The notes under the pieces are model-generated. The model searched no databases, was not told the DNA's origin, and saw only the letters and a list, made by a program, of their open reading frames with translations. This document shows positions 1 to 10,968 of a DNA stretch of 64,000 bases, piece after piece. Numbering within the stretch: position 1 is the first letter of the stretch; each line of letters begins with the position of its first letter. The position numbers and the translations under genes are program-made. The stretch lies in NCBI GenBank assembly GCA_040285855.1, contig JAUFOQ010000005.1, positions 806,001-870,000 of the forward strand, given 5' to 3'. Source of the DNA: Eukaryota sp. GEM-RC1. Its lineage: Eukaryota.

Positions 1-4
1 ATTC

Positions 5-445
5 ATGTGTATATCAAAGGAATACGTGTCTATAGTGAATGAATCTCATTATTCTCACGAACAACTTGTACTGGAAAAGAATGTACGAATAATCCAAGCA
101 GCAGTTCGAAAGTTTTTAATTAAACGAAGAGCTAATAATTCCTATGAAGGTTTGCTATGTAAAACTGGGTCAACTTTGTTTAAACAAGCAATAACTTCAA
201 TTGAAGAATGTTTTAATAACATGACAGATTTCTTCACAAGTCAAAATTCTCAAATATTTACCAATTATGAACTTTCGTCACTATCCGATACTGTACGTAC
301 ATCTTCAGTTGACGTCATCAATCCATTACGATTACGATCACTACGAGCATTAGATTCTCCAAAAAGAAGAAAAAGATTCTCTGTCATTATAGTGGAAAAT
401 GTGCAAAACAAAATCCATCAGACATATAAATATAAAATTTATTAA
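5..445 (+). CDS. Hypothetical protein with one IQ-like motif (possibly the 3' part of a gene starting before the window)
   Basis: 146-aa ORF at the window edge containing IIQAAVRKFLIKRR; no other recognisable domain. Confidence 0.35.
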   Translation: MCISKEYVSIVNESHYSHEQLVLEKNVRIIQAAVRKFLIKRRANNSYEGLLCKTGSTLFKQAITSIEECFNNMTDFFTSQNSQIFTNYELSSLSDTVRTSSVDVINPLRLRSLRALDSPKRRKRFSVIIVENVQNKIHQTYKYKIY

Positions 446-994
446 CACGAGAAATATCATTACAAGTTTCACAAAAATTTATATTCCATTCAAATCATGT
501 CTTGGCTTTGGTGCTTGAATAGCAGGTACAGTCAACTTATTGATTTGACTGGTTGACATTTCCAATGACTTTGCAACTGCTGCAATCACAAAGAAGTCCA
601 TTGAGTTCAACGCACTTCTCATAGCATCCATAAAGAACTCCAAAGTGTACATTGTTAGGAATCCGTTTCAATGGATGAAATAGATCAGAATCGTACTCGA
701 AAAATTCCTATCCTTCAATGCAATTTGGCAACAAGAGGATCCAGACGATAAGGTTTACTGACTCCAAATGTATGTGAATTTGTATCTCGAAACTCTTCAG
801 GAACAAAACCAGTATTCATAATAATTCCAAGGGAAGCACCAACTGACATTTCACTCATGTCAACCCATGGCATTTCACGAGTTTGAATTTCGTCAACAAT
901 GAAAATCAACGGCAGTTTTAATAGGTTTCCTGGTCCATCGTTTTCACTGGAAACATTACACATATGCCCAACATAAATGAATAAAGAAACTCAG

Positions 995-1207
995 AGTATC
1001 GTATGAATTGTTCACATGGCATGTGACAGAGCTCTTGCTGTAGATTAGAGTATATTTCAATAATTGATACAAATGCTAGTTGTGGTTGTATATGAGTTAT
1101 TATCTGTATTTAAGTAGTGTACAACTATTCGAGAACAAACAAATATAGTAAGATTAAGGTATGAATTAAATTTCTATGTGACAACAGTGAGAACATTGAT
1201 TTAGGTA
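995..1207 (+). repeat. Dispersed ~210 bp repeat, copy A (copy B at 4145-4367)
   Basis: Colinear blocks shared with 4145-4367, e.g. agtatcgtatgaatt, cttgctgtagattagagtatatttcaataattgat, caactattcgagaac, gaattaaatttctatgtg, ttgatttaggta. Confidence 0.85.
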
Positions 1208-3227
1208 GATAAAGAGGATATCTCTGCATTGTGGAGGATTTGTCACTTCTTCTACTACTTATTGTACTATATCTGCTTGCCACGGGTTCTCAATACATTC
1301 AGTTCAAATTTGCGTATTTACAAGTGGAATTGATTTTTTTGAAACGGCATAAAGAACTTGCCTCTTCACAAATATTTGCAGAGTGGTCAAGTAACAATCT
1401 TTAGATTATCCTAGACTATCAGTCACGTGTTCATTTTTGTAAACGTTTGCAAAGTGAGATTAGAGTTTTGCGAAGTATTATCAACATTCACATGGTTCAA
1501 TCAAAAAGTAGTAAAATTTGATGATTCAGATTCTGAAGTTGAATGGATATATCAAATAAAAATTGAACTGACTGTCGAAAACAAAAGCTCTGGCTCTATG
1601 TAAAGATAAAAAAACCGAAGTTATCTACATTATACTACCAAAAGGATAGAATTCATTGTCGTCCGACATTATTTCTTTACGTTTAACACTAATCAGCTTT
1701 ATGTGAGCGAAAACTAAGTTTGTAAAACAACAATTAGGAAAGATTTCCAGAATTTTAAAGCCATAATCATTTACTGTACCAACCAGTTTTTATCAAGAGA
1801 TTTGTTTAAATTAGATTGAATAACTTTCTCAAAACGTGAGAGATTAATCATGAATTTAAGTTTCCTCATATACTCTCTTCTTACAGACGTCGACAATTAG
1901 TTGATTGCTTGAACACACAAACAACATATGATATGTGGGATCATTTGAACAGTTATACTCAATAATTTAAACAAATCGTTATTGTTATACAATGTACTAT
2001 TTTTTAACAAATTCAAATTTAAGTATTAAATACACCAACCTACAAAAAAAATCATGTGAGCTGATACGTTAAATAATATAAGGTTAAATCATGCATTTTG
2101 CAATCATTGAAACAAATACAACGAATGACATCCTATAAGTATTTGATTGAATTACATTCACTTTTCCTGTAGTTGTTTTCCTCTCCCTAACAAATAAACT
2201 TCCAAATGCCGAATTCAGAAGACCAAATCCTTTTCTTTGAGATTGCTACACATCGAAAATCAATTAAGAACTACTGAGAAACCATTTCGCCAGTACTACC
2301 AACTATAAATTAATAAATACAACAAACCTAAGTTTCGAGCACAAAGTGGGATTGAGCTTCGCAACGACCATACTATAACTTGACATAATTGTTTTCGTGG
2401 TTCAAATGTTTAGGAATTTAATTTGATAGAAAATTTAGATTTGTCATCATTCTGTTAGGAACTAATAACTGCTTTTAAAGGTACAAAATATCATTAAAGT
2501 TTCTTCTTATAAAAGAAATGGTTGTTGTTATACCATGATTTTGGGATTTTTGTATAAGATTAAAGAGGTTAAAAAATTTCCAGTGCCATTAGACCTTTTT
2601 ACATGTACACACATCTGAACTTCACACACTTGTGGCCAATAGCTGTTCCTGCCTTGTTGCCTCCAGAGGAAAGATTTAATATCGCCATGACTATAGGTGA
2701 TACGGTGGTCCATGTATATTGTATCTAGTGACAGATTGAAGACACTGATTGGTGGCTTATTTTGTTCAGATGATAAAGTACAGTTTTGGTTTACACTTGA
2801 TCATTAAACGTCAGCCAAAAAACTACTTAACAAATTTTGCAATTAAAAGAGAAATAGTAAATGCCTCAAGACAAAATGAATGTTGATGTTGATGGGTGAA
2901 CGGAAACTTCAACAGAACTAGTGGCAGTGAACGATAACGTGTAACAAGCTAATACATGTTCTCAACAGCAGTCATCATATGAAAGTCTCCTTTTGATAGA
3001 TGACTGAAAAATGATGTTTTAGCACTCTGCTGTGCAGAATCACCGAGATGATTATGTAGAAATGAGGTCTTTATTATAGAACTTCCGAGTAGCAATTTTC
3101 TCTTGTGACGCAAACACCTAACACAGGCATTGACAAGTGTTAGTTCCAATGTTGAAACGTCTTAACAAGACCTAACAATTTTGACCTACATGGAGCAAGA
3201 GATACAGTAAGTACTGTAGACCACGCA

Positions 3228-3335
3228 GATATCTCTGAAAATGATGTCTTACTCTCAAGTTGAGAGTCTCAAAAGATATCTGCGAACTGTGTTCAAATTT
3301 GCTCAGACCTTTTTCAAATTCCATTTTCTGAGTTC
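3228..3335 (+). repeat. Dispersed repeat, inverted copy at 15728-15807
   Basis: gatatctctgaaaatgatgtcttact...tctgcgaactgtgttcaaatttg.tcagacc matches the reverse complement of 15728-15807. Confidence 0.8.
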
Positions 3336-4144
3336 AGTAGTAGCCAAGTGTTACTGTAACACTGTATCATTCGTTAATTGTTTCTGATGTTCAACATTGT
3401 TTTATTCTTTTCTAATATACAAATACTTCAGGAGTGTTCCAAATTTTATAATCACTTGTTAATTACACTTCCTAAATGGAATTGGTAATTAATTTGTCAT
3501 TGAAATCATCAATTAAATTGGAATCTTATCAGAAAATCAAAGATGCGATGAACAAATTGAGCTTCAGTTTCTAGAAAGTGTTGTCATCATTCGAATCCAG
3601 TCAAAAGAATCGTCAGTATTAGCTTCTTCAAGGCATGACGAAGAGAAGGAGCAGCACGGTGATGTTGGTGAGAGTCTTCGAATGAAAGTTTCCAAGGTCC
3701 AATCACCTGGAACGATCGCTAGTTGTTTGATAGAAGACAACAACCATTTGGTCATGAATGGTAATTACGGTAAACCGTGATTTAAATGCATTCACCTGAG
3801 ATTAATAATGGTTAGGGACATACCTGCTCATTGGGAACGTTGTGAAGAAGCATTTCAATTGGGAGGTTTGATCTAAATATTGTCAGAATATTTTGATATT
3901 TAGAAGCATTACTATATCTAGTACTAGTAAACTATCTACAAGTGTACTTAAATTTCATATCATAGTATATCTAGGCTTTTTACGAGATTGAATTTCATCA
4001 ACAATTATAACAAAGGAACGTTTGGAAAACGTGTTCTTGTCTATGTCCATTGATGTTAAATATTCACAGAGCACAGAGACCGCTAATTTGACGGCAAATG
4101 TGGTTTTGCCACGACCACGGTTTCCTGTGCAAAATAAAATTCAA

Positions 4145-4367
4145 AGTATCGTATGAATTATTCACATGGAATGTGACTCTGGTACCAGAGCACTTGCTGT
4201 AGATTAGAGTATATTTCAATAATTGATCCAAATTCTAGTTGTACTTGTGTATTAATTACTATCTGTATTTAAGATGTGGACAACTATTCGAGAACAAGCA
4301 AATATAGTACGACAATGGGTAGGAATTAAATTTCTATGTGCCAACAGTGACAAAATTGATTTAGGTA
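4145..4367 (+). repeat. Dispersed ~220 bp repeat, copy B
   Basis: Direct, diverged copy of 995-1207. Confidence 0.85.
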
Positions 4368-5214
4368 AAGTTCATAAACAGAAGTGTAAATTGGCTTAAT
4401 GGTTCTTCATTTAAATAGTAAACACTGATACTTCAATCAATTAGACGAAAATCCTTTCGAACGTGGGGGCAAATACCAGGTAAATTGTATAGTTGTTATT
4501 CAACATGTCTGTTTTGGATCTTTGCTGAATAAACAACTGCTTCCACTAACAAAAAGTCTCCAATGTATCGTATACTAATTGTTTAGAACAATAGATGAAT
4601 TGAATATATACAATGTTGCATGCTTTCAATTAGGTAAATTAGGAACATATAGCTCTTTGGACAAGTCCTTTTCAAAGATGCTGAAGACTTGAAAGATAAC
4701 GTCACAATTCTAACATCTATACGTTTAATTTTCGGTTCCCAAAAGTTAACCTCCGTACAATAATATAAATTTGTAAAAACTACTAAGACAAAATCCAAAC
4801 GACGTCATTCAAAAATGCATACAATGTGATGATTTGGATTTTGCAGACAGAAAAGTGAAAAAATGTTTTTGATGTGGAAATAAGCAGGAAAACAATCCAA
4901 GTTGTCAAGAAAATAAAAACAGTTTATTGATGGAGGGTACAAAAATACATAATATCATAATAAAGGCTCTGAAACACTACACACAGAAATTTGCTTGTCA
5001 ACAGTAGCACAGTTTTTATGCAACTTTGTGAAAATTGATTTGAAAAACTTGGGCATCGAACGGAACAAAGGAAAAATCAAAAAAAAATCAAACGGTTATG
5101 CCAAATTGAAAAGTTAAATCTCTTACTCTGAGACAATGTCAAGAAAATGTTTGAACACTCATTGAATCAGTGCACATTTTATCAAACTCAAATTCAACCT
5201 TGTACAGTTTAGTT

Positions 5215-5405
5215 CATATATTAGTATGACGTTTCATAAAAACTTCTACAGTAACACGATAATTAATTTCAAACTAGGAATGATTTACTCCATAATGATC
5301 ATCGTCACAGAATATGTATAAATCTTGGAAATCTATTTTAATCTGTATCAATCAGTTAGCAACACGGCTTTTTCATCGGCCATTTTTGGTAGAATCCATT
5401 CTTCC
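5215..5405 (-). pseudogene. Merlin/IS1595-like (ISXO2) transposase relic
   Basis: Manual translation EWILPKMADEKAVLLTD*Y...DDHYGVNHS*FE...RHTNI resembles the TD...H..VNHS...HTNxIE signature; stops and a frameshift present. Confidence 0.45.
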
Positions 5406-5687
5406 ATTCTTAGTTCAATCTAGTTGTGTTAATAACAAAAGAAAAAAAAGAAGACAATGGGTGACCTTCCATATGTAAATCTGAAAAAAGCGCCATTTCA
5501 TTTCATGTTTTGATATCCCACTTTCTGCCCTTTTTATTCCTTTTTATTTCACAAAGAACATCAGTTCTTTAGACCAATTCCAAGAGAACATATTTTCTTG
5601 AGGCATTGTGTCTTGGCTTCCCCTAAACTTCTAGGAGCTTCTGCCATTCTTATTTCGCTTCTTTCATCAGCCCAACCTTATATATAA

Positions 5688-5735
5688 GGTCTTACTCAGC
5701 ATGGTGATATCAAAGCCAATCCTGGTCTCCCCAAA
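5688..5735 (+). other. Degenerate 2A-like (StopGo) peptide coding motif
   Basis: GLTQHGDIKANPGLPK; three single-nucleotide changes restore DLTQHGDIEANPGP. Confidence 0.6.
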
Positions 5736-6039
5736 CCTGATATTGTATTTTTCTTAGTAGATGTCGAGAATAAAACATATTGGTACAAATACCATAATCG
5801 AAAAACATTTAAAGCTGATTATGATACAGGAAAGCTTAGACATAAAAAGGTAAAATCTGAGACAGAATAAAAAACCTGGGCCAAGGAATAGATCAAAGAG
5901 GTTCACAATAATGAACTACCTACAGCAGAATATGAAGTCAATGCTCTAACACAAGACTTGCCTGATCTCGGCCACCTTTACAGACTTTCCAAATTGGAAA
6001 CATAGGATCCCTAACTGCAAAAAGATCGAATGAGTCAGC

Positions 6040-6720
6040 GTTTACGATGAGTTTGATGGAACGATTGACCTCTGCTATGAGAGACAATAACAGGTATACT
6101 CAGCTTAATCCACAATATCGAAAATTTTCTGAATTGTGGAATTTTTCTGATACATATCGATAACTTTCTAATGACAAAATTAGTACTATTGAACCGTATA
6201 ATGGTCACTTAACATTTGCTAGGAGACAATTTGTGAGTACTATTGGATCTCATCATTAGTCTTCTGCCGAAGTTTCAGGGAGTCTATTGAATAAGGCTGA
6301 ATGTAATGCCATTGTGGAACAAGTTACTAATTTTGTAAAAAATAACAGATCACATATGGAGCAATTATTGGATAGAAAAGTGACGGTGGCCGCTTTGACT
6401 CCTTACAGAGCACATTTACAGGAACTTTTTCTAGAGTTCTAGGAGAAGTATGGACGCTATTTTTCTGACCAGATTGAAATTTCAACTACTGATGCTTATC
6501 AGGGGAAGGAAGCTGATGTAGTCTTTATAAGCACTGTTAAAACCATGAAAAATACTCAACAAATTGCTAGTCTGGGATTTTTATCTGATTATCGCCGAAT
6601 GAACGTAATGTTAATAAGGGGGAGATTCAGTAATGTTGTTTTTGGTCACCAACAACTGTTATCAAGACATGGACAGGGACACAGAGCTTATGGAAGTAGC
6701 TAAGCAACGGCTGCAAACTG
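6040..6720 (+). pseudogene. Upf1/DNA2/NAM7-like SF1 helicase, C-terminal (AAA_12) half
   Basis: Manual translation: SLMERL, QLNPQYR, NKAECNAI, LTPYRAH, ISTTDAYQGKEADVVFIST, LGFLSDYRRMNVMLIRGR; several in-frame stops. Not in the ORF track. Confidence 0.85.
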
Positions 6721-6922
6721 CTCAAGACTCATCATTGCCAATTGAAGAGATAAGTTTCTTCTTCTTTGTCCACTTCTTTGTATACGAGTGCACCTTATAG
6801 AATCAATAACATATGAAGAACATGTCACTGTGCCAAGATATCACTGAAGACATCATCTATAAATAGTGTGAATTGATATTTGTATCGTTATTCAAAATTC
6901 TAATAATACTTCCAGAAAGAAA

Positions 6923-7249
6923 GTGATGAATTTTCTACTAAAATCAGTTAGTGAACATCCTCAATCCTTTAATAAATCTGCTTTTCAAATAAATTACTAT
7001 CTTGAAAGTGAAGGACCAAGTACATACAATGTAATTCCGATTGTTCGTCACATCACACCAGGTTTCTTTGAAATAGACACACACGGTCTTTGGGGAATAT
7101 TACGTTCTACTTTGTCAACACAACCAGTGAAAGCCAAGAAAACACTATCTGAGTGGAATACGATAGGAGAAACTCAGAAAAATCTCTCCTGAAGAACAAA
7201 ACATATTCTGGTCATATTTTTTCAACTTTAATCGTCCATTTATAAAGAA
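6923..7249 (+). pseudogene. Fanzor1 copy 1, N-terminal part (upstream of the MULE insertion)
   Basis: YNVIPIVRHITPGFFEIDTHGL and, after a frameshift, IFWSYFFNFNRPFIK. This joins in frame to KGYKFNNTIKTGRFSACV when the MULE plus one TSD is removed, matching the Fanzor1 P..iDT / W..F / F...I.TDG.S motifs. Confidence 0.75.
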
Positions 7250-9331
7250 GGGATTTATGCAGATTTCATCACTAATATACATTAATTGCATTTTTCATCT
7301 AATATTACTTTATTTTGCAATCATTGTTTCAACTCATAAAACCTATTTCGTTGGACAGTTTCTCCTGTCATGACCAACTTGGTCACAATTTCTACACTTA
7401 CGTTGTCGTGGTCTTGGTGCTGAACCATCTACTACTGTTGGTATCATACTGCTGGCACCTTGCTGCAACACAATCCACTCTGGGCAGTTTCTTCTGTCGT
7501 GCCCAATAATTCTACAATGACCACATCTACGTGGGGAGAGAGGCATTGCTTCCTGATTCTCTTCCGTTGCTGCTGCGTCAGGTTCTACTTCTTCACTGTC
7601 GCTACTCGCATCCTTCTCATCGAATCTCTTTTGATTAAAGCGTTTAGTACGTGAGTACTTGTCCTTACGTGAAATTGGCGGACGACCTGGCATTACTGTA
7701 TCTAAAGGAGGAAACACATCACTTTCTAGTTCTTCGATATTCCTTCTATAGTCGATTGGATAAAATTCGCCATCATACGTCTTCTTAAAATTAGTAACTA
7801 AATAATAGGGAGACACTAAAGATCTGGGGTGAATTCTAACACGTCTCGAAACTGACAATACGTGAATACATGGCACATCATGTTGTTTCCAGAATCCGCA
7901 ACTGCACGTTTTGTACTTCAGATCCACAGAAAACACAAATTCGTTTTCTCTCACGGAATACAAATTGTCGGAGAACGTGGTTACTTCTAAACTGCGAGCT
8001 CTCAATATCGACGGCAACAAATACTCTTCAACATCATCAACGAATTCTCCATGCATCTTCATTGATTCATCTTTTCTTCTTCTGAACAAATGAGTCATTG
8101 CTTCAAAGATACCGTTAACCATTGAAGTCACTGGCAGAGAGCGAACTGGAAGAAGCCATGCATTTAAGGATTCAATGATATTGGAGGTGAGTTGTCCATA
8201 TCTATTCCCTTCAAAGTGTACTGTCGACCAAGATTCTTTCGGAGCTGACTCTTCCAAATAAGTATAACCCACTGGGCACTGGATTTGAAGGAGCTGCCAA
8301 TAGCGGTCAAATTCGTTTAACGTACTCGCTCTTGCACATTTCCAAAACAATTTCATTGCTTTCTTTCCACCTCTGGACGAGAGATTGTCACTGAGATGTT
8401 TACAGCACACAGAGTGGTAGGTTTCTTCACCAAAAACTTCGACCAGCGTACGGGATATGGCTGGATTTCTGTCACTAATAAATACTGTTTTGTCGTTGAT
8501 TGCAAAATTGTCATTCAAATTCTCCAAAAAGCTTCTCCAATTTATTACATTTTCCGTTCGAGTAATTTCAAAAGCTATAGGAAAGAAATGTCCGTTGGCA
8601 TCAATGCCAGCAGCAGCCAACAATGTTCCCTTGTATTTGGACCTCAGATGAGTTCCATCTATCACGATAACAGGCCTTAAAAACTCAAATCCTTTCACAA
8701 GAGGTTGAAAAGTAAAGAAAAAGCGCTCAAATGTGCCATCAGGTGCAACATTCAGCTTAAAAGGAGAGTTGGGATTAGTGGAGTTGAGACTTTGGAAAAA
8801 GGGTTCCAGAAAGGTGTATGAGGTATCTGAAGAACCATAAAGTAGTTCGTTAGTGGCCTCTAGAGCTCGACAGGCTTTACTCGGACTTATATCAATAAAG
8901 TACTTGGTTTTCAGCTTCCTAGCAAATACAGATGGACTGGTAATCTTTCCACCTCTTACTTCTTCTGCCATTAAAATGGCACAGATTTGTTTAGGCAAGG
9001 TCGTAAAACATAAGGATTGGCAGGAAGCAATGTGATCGACAAACTTTCTTATTTCCCATTCGTGGGTGTCTGTGTCCTGAAAACAGTGGATGTAACAGGG
9101 ACAAGGTGTAGAGGAGCCACATCGTATATCCCAACGGTTCTGGTTTTTCTGAGTTATGTCGAAGCTTTTATCACTCGAAAGGAACCAAGAGTAAACATCA
9201 TGCTGCAAGTGTTGGATGTTTGTATAAGAATGACCTTGTTGAAGAGTTGTATTAGTTGTAGTCATTAGCAAAAGAGTATTGATGTTAAATGAATTGTTAT
9301 TTACTTATGTGATGTAAATTGACGATTTCCC
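7250..9331 (-). mobile_element. Intact-looking MULE/MuDR DNA transposon, 2082 bp
   Basis: Perfect 9-bp TSD TATAAAGAA (7241-7249, 9332-9340); termini GGGA...TCCC with imperfect ~28 bp TIRs; encloses an open transposase ORF. Confidence 0.92.
7343..9265 (-). CDS. MULE transposase with SWIM finger and two CCHC knuckles
   Basis: IDGTHL, FISDR, HSVCCKHL, SNIIESLN DDE motifs; CSCGFWKQHDVPCIH SWIM; CGHCRIIGHDRRNC and CRNCDQVGHDRRNC. First ATG at 9265. Confidence 0.95.
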   Translation of the reverse strand: MTTTNTTLQQGHSYTNIQHLQHDVYSWFLSSDKSFDITQKNQNRWDIRCGSSTPCPCYIHCFQDTDTHEWEIRKFVDHIASCQSLCFTTLPKQICAILMAEEVRGGKITSPSVFARKLKTKYFIDISPSKACRALEATNELLYGSSDTSYTFLEPFFQSLNSTNPNSPFKLNVAPDGTFERFFFTFQPLVKGFEFLRPVIVIDGTHLRSKYKGTLLAAAGIDANGHFFPIAFEITRTENVINWRSFLENLNDNFAINDKTVFISDRNPAISRTLVEVFGEETYHSVCCKHLSDNLSSRGGKKAMKLFWKCARASTLNEFDRYWQLLQIQCPVGYTYLEESAPKESWSTVHFEGNRYGQLTSNIIESLNAWLLPVRSLPVTSMVNGIFEAMTHLFRRRKDESMKMHGEFVDDVEEYLLPSILRARSLEVTTFSDNLYSVRENEFVFSVDLKYKTCSCGFWKQHDVPCIHVLSVSRRVRIHPRSLVSPYYLVTNFKKTYDGEFYPIDYRRNIEELESDVFPPLDTVMPGRPPISRKDKYSRTKRFNQKRFDEKDASSDSEEVEPDAAATEENQEAMPLSPRRCGHCRIIGHDRRNCPEWIVLQQGASSMIPTVVDGSAPRPRQRKCRNCDQVGHDRRNCPTK

Positions 9332-9340
9332 TATAAAGAA

Positions 9341-10316
9341 AGGTTATAAGTTTAACAATACCATTAAAACTGGTCGTTTCTCTGCTTGTGTTGAACTTAC
9401 TAGAGAGGACTGTGCGAGAATGTCATTTAAACCAGACAGTACAAAGTTCTCTAGTATAGAAGAATATGTTCAAGACTATGATGTTGAAGAGTTTTCATTG
9501 AAAACACAAGTGTTAATTGACCCTGGAAAAACAGATTTACTCTGTTTTTGTTCAGAGAAAGTATGAAGAAAAACCCGAGAAAGAAGAAACAAAGAATACG
9601 AGTGGCTAAGATTGACAGAGACAAAATGATCCAGATGGTCAAGGGTTCATCAAAAATTTAGAAGGGGAAAGAAAAAAGAATTCAGTCTCCAAGATGGAAA
9701 AACAGTTGAACAAGAAGAGTTAACATTATCCAAAGAAAATTCGAACTTCACTCTTTGTGACACATTCTATGACTATGTTGGTTCCAAACCTACAGTTATT
9801 GAATCAACATTTTATTACTACTGTTTGATGATATGGCGCATTCAAAAATGAAAAGATACGTCCATATTCAAAAAACAGAAAGTAAGTTGTTGAAGATCCG
9901 ACTGACAAAAGGATGGAATCAAAATGACTGTGTTTAGATGTTTGGTGACAATGGTAATAAGAGGCAGAACCTAAAACACCTCGAGTAGAGGTGTTGGTTA
10001 GAGAAACTTCTTTAAGAGAAATGATTACAATATTGTTCTTGTAGACGAGAGTTACACGGCTTCAAAGTGTCCTACTTGTTAGAGGGCAGTTAAAGTGCTC
10101 AAAGAAATCAGTAATCCAAAACCATGGAAAAGAGAGAAGAAACCTCTGGTAAAGTGTCACGCTTTGTTGAGATGCAAGTCCCAAGAATGTAGAGAAGAAT
10201 GTAATGGTAGCGCCAAGGGTTGGAATCGTAACAAGTTAGCATGTATCAACATCAAGACCATTGTAGAGCATCATTTGGAACGATGTCTGGAAGTGAGACC
10301 CAGTTATTTGGCATAA
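9341..10316 (+). pseudogene. Fanzor1 (eukaryotic TnpB) copy 1, RuvC/zinc-finger part
   Basis: LIDPGKTDLL (RuvC-I), KMKRYVHIQKTESKLL (bridge helix), MFGDNG, VDESYTASKCPTC (rearranged RuvC-II plus Zn finger), HALLRCKSQEC, WNRNKLACINI (RuvC-III), RPSYL; multiple stops and frameshifts. Confidence 0.9.
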
Positions 10317-10473
10317 TCATAGCCATTATTTACTACAGTGAATTGGTAGCATTTACATTGACAATTGCTAAAACGCACAACAACTTGTGTTGTTTTCCTC
10401 ATCAACTACAGCTTAGGTAGTTCTAAGTCAACAACAACTACACACCTATATCTGTCTTACATCCTGTGAGTTT

Positions 10474-10968
10474 ATGAATCCTACATTTCTTTTTGTGGGA
10501 CTAGAAGGTTCTGGTGTTAGAACTATAGCATCATCTTTCATTTCCTTATTCGGTTGTAACGTAACATCTACCTGTTTTGATGATTGTCCAGTGTATTCAG
10601 TGCGACATAAACCCTTGAACTTCTTTGTTGTCGTACCTGGAGGAGACATATCCAAACGACATCTCTGGCAACTTCATCTTCTTGATGGAGTCTCTGCTCT
10701 AATTTTTGTAGTGGATGCATCCAACACTGAAGCCATAGAAGATGCCAAGTGGGAGCTACACAATCTATTGACACCACCAAGTGATCTTAACGTCGTTATA
10801 ATAGCCAACAAACAAGACAAACCGAATGCTTTGAACCAAAGTCAAGTAAGCGATCTATTGGAGTTATCAACACTTTCTTTTATTAAAACACCCACAGTTC
10901 TGGAAACTGTTGGTATATCTGGATACAATATTTCACAGTTAATAGATATACTACAACTCAAACGCTAA
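10474..10968 (+). CDS. Divergent Arf-family small GTPase-like protein
   Basis: GLEGSGVRT (degenerate G1), ALIFVVDAS, ANKQD (G4); G3 DxxG replaced by VPGG. Confidence 0.8.
   Translation: MNPTFLFVGLEGSGVRTIASSFISLFGCNVTSTCFDDCPVYSVRHKPLNFFVVVPGGDISKRHLWQLHLLDGVSALIFVVDASNTEAIEDAKWELHNLLTPPSDLNVVIIANKQDKPNALNQSQVSDLLELSTLSFIKTPTVLETVGISGYNISQLIDILQLKR

Larger units (their letters stand above)
5600..10342 (+). mobile_element. Decayed 2A-helicase-Fanzor element, copy 1 (interrupted by a MULE); left boundary uncertain
   Basis: Same-strand order: 2A-like motif (5688-5735), Upf1-like helicase C-terminal half (6040-6720), Fanzor1 (6923-10316). Same order as copy 2 at 16.5-19.1 kb. Confidence 0.7.

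Noticed and set aside
480..963. Minus-strand fragment with a Walker B-like LIFIVDE
   Set aside because: No Walker A or other support; too short to assign.
6040..6720. Helitron Rep/Hel as the source of the helicase
   Set aside because: The motifs are Upf1/DNA2-type (QGKEAD, RRMNV, APSNNAVD), not Pif1-type, and no HUH Rep motifs were seen.
7250..10342. Fanzor as cargo of the MULE (a known MuDR-Fanzor association)
   Set aside because: The MULE's TSDs exclude Fanzor, and Fanzor coding sequence continues on both sides, so the MULE inserted into it.
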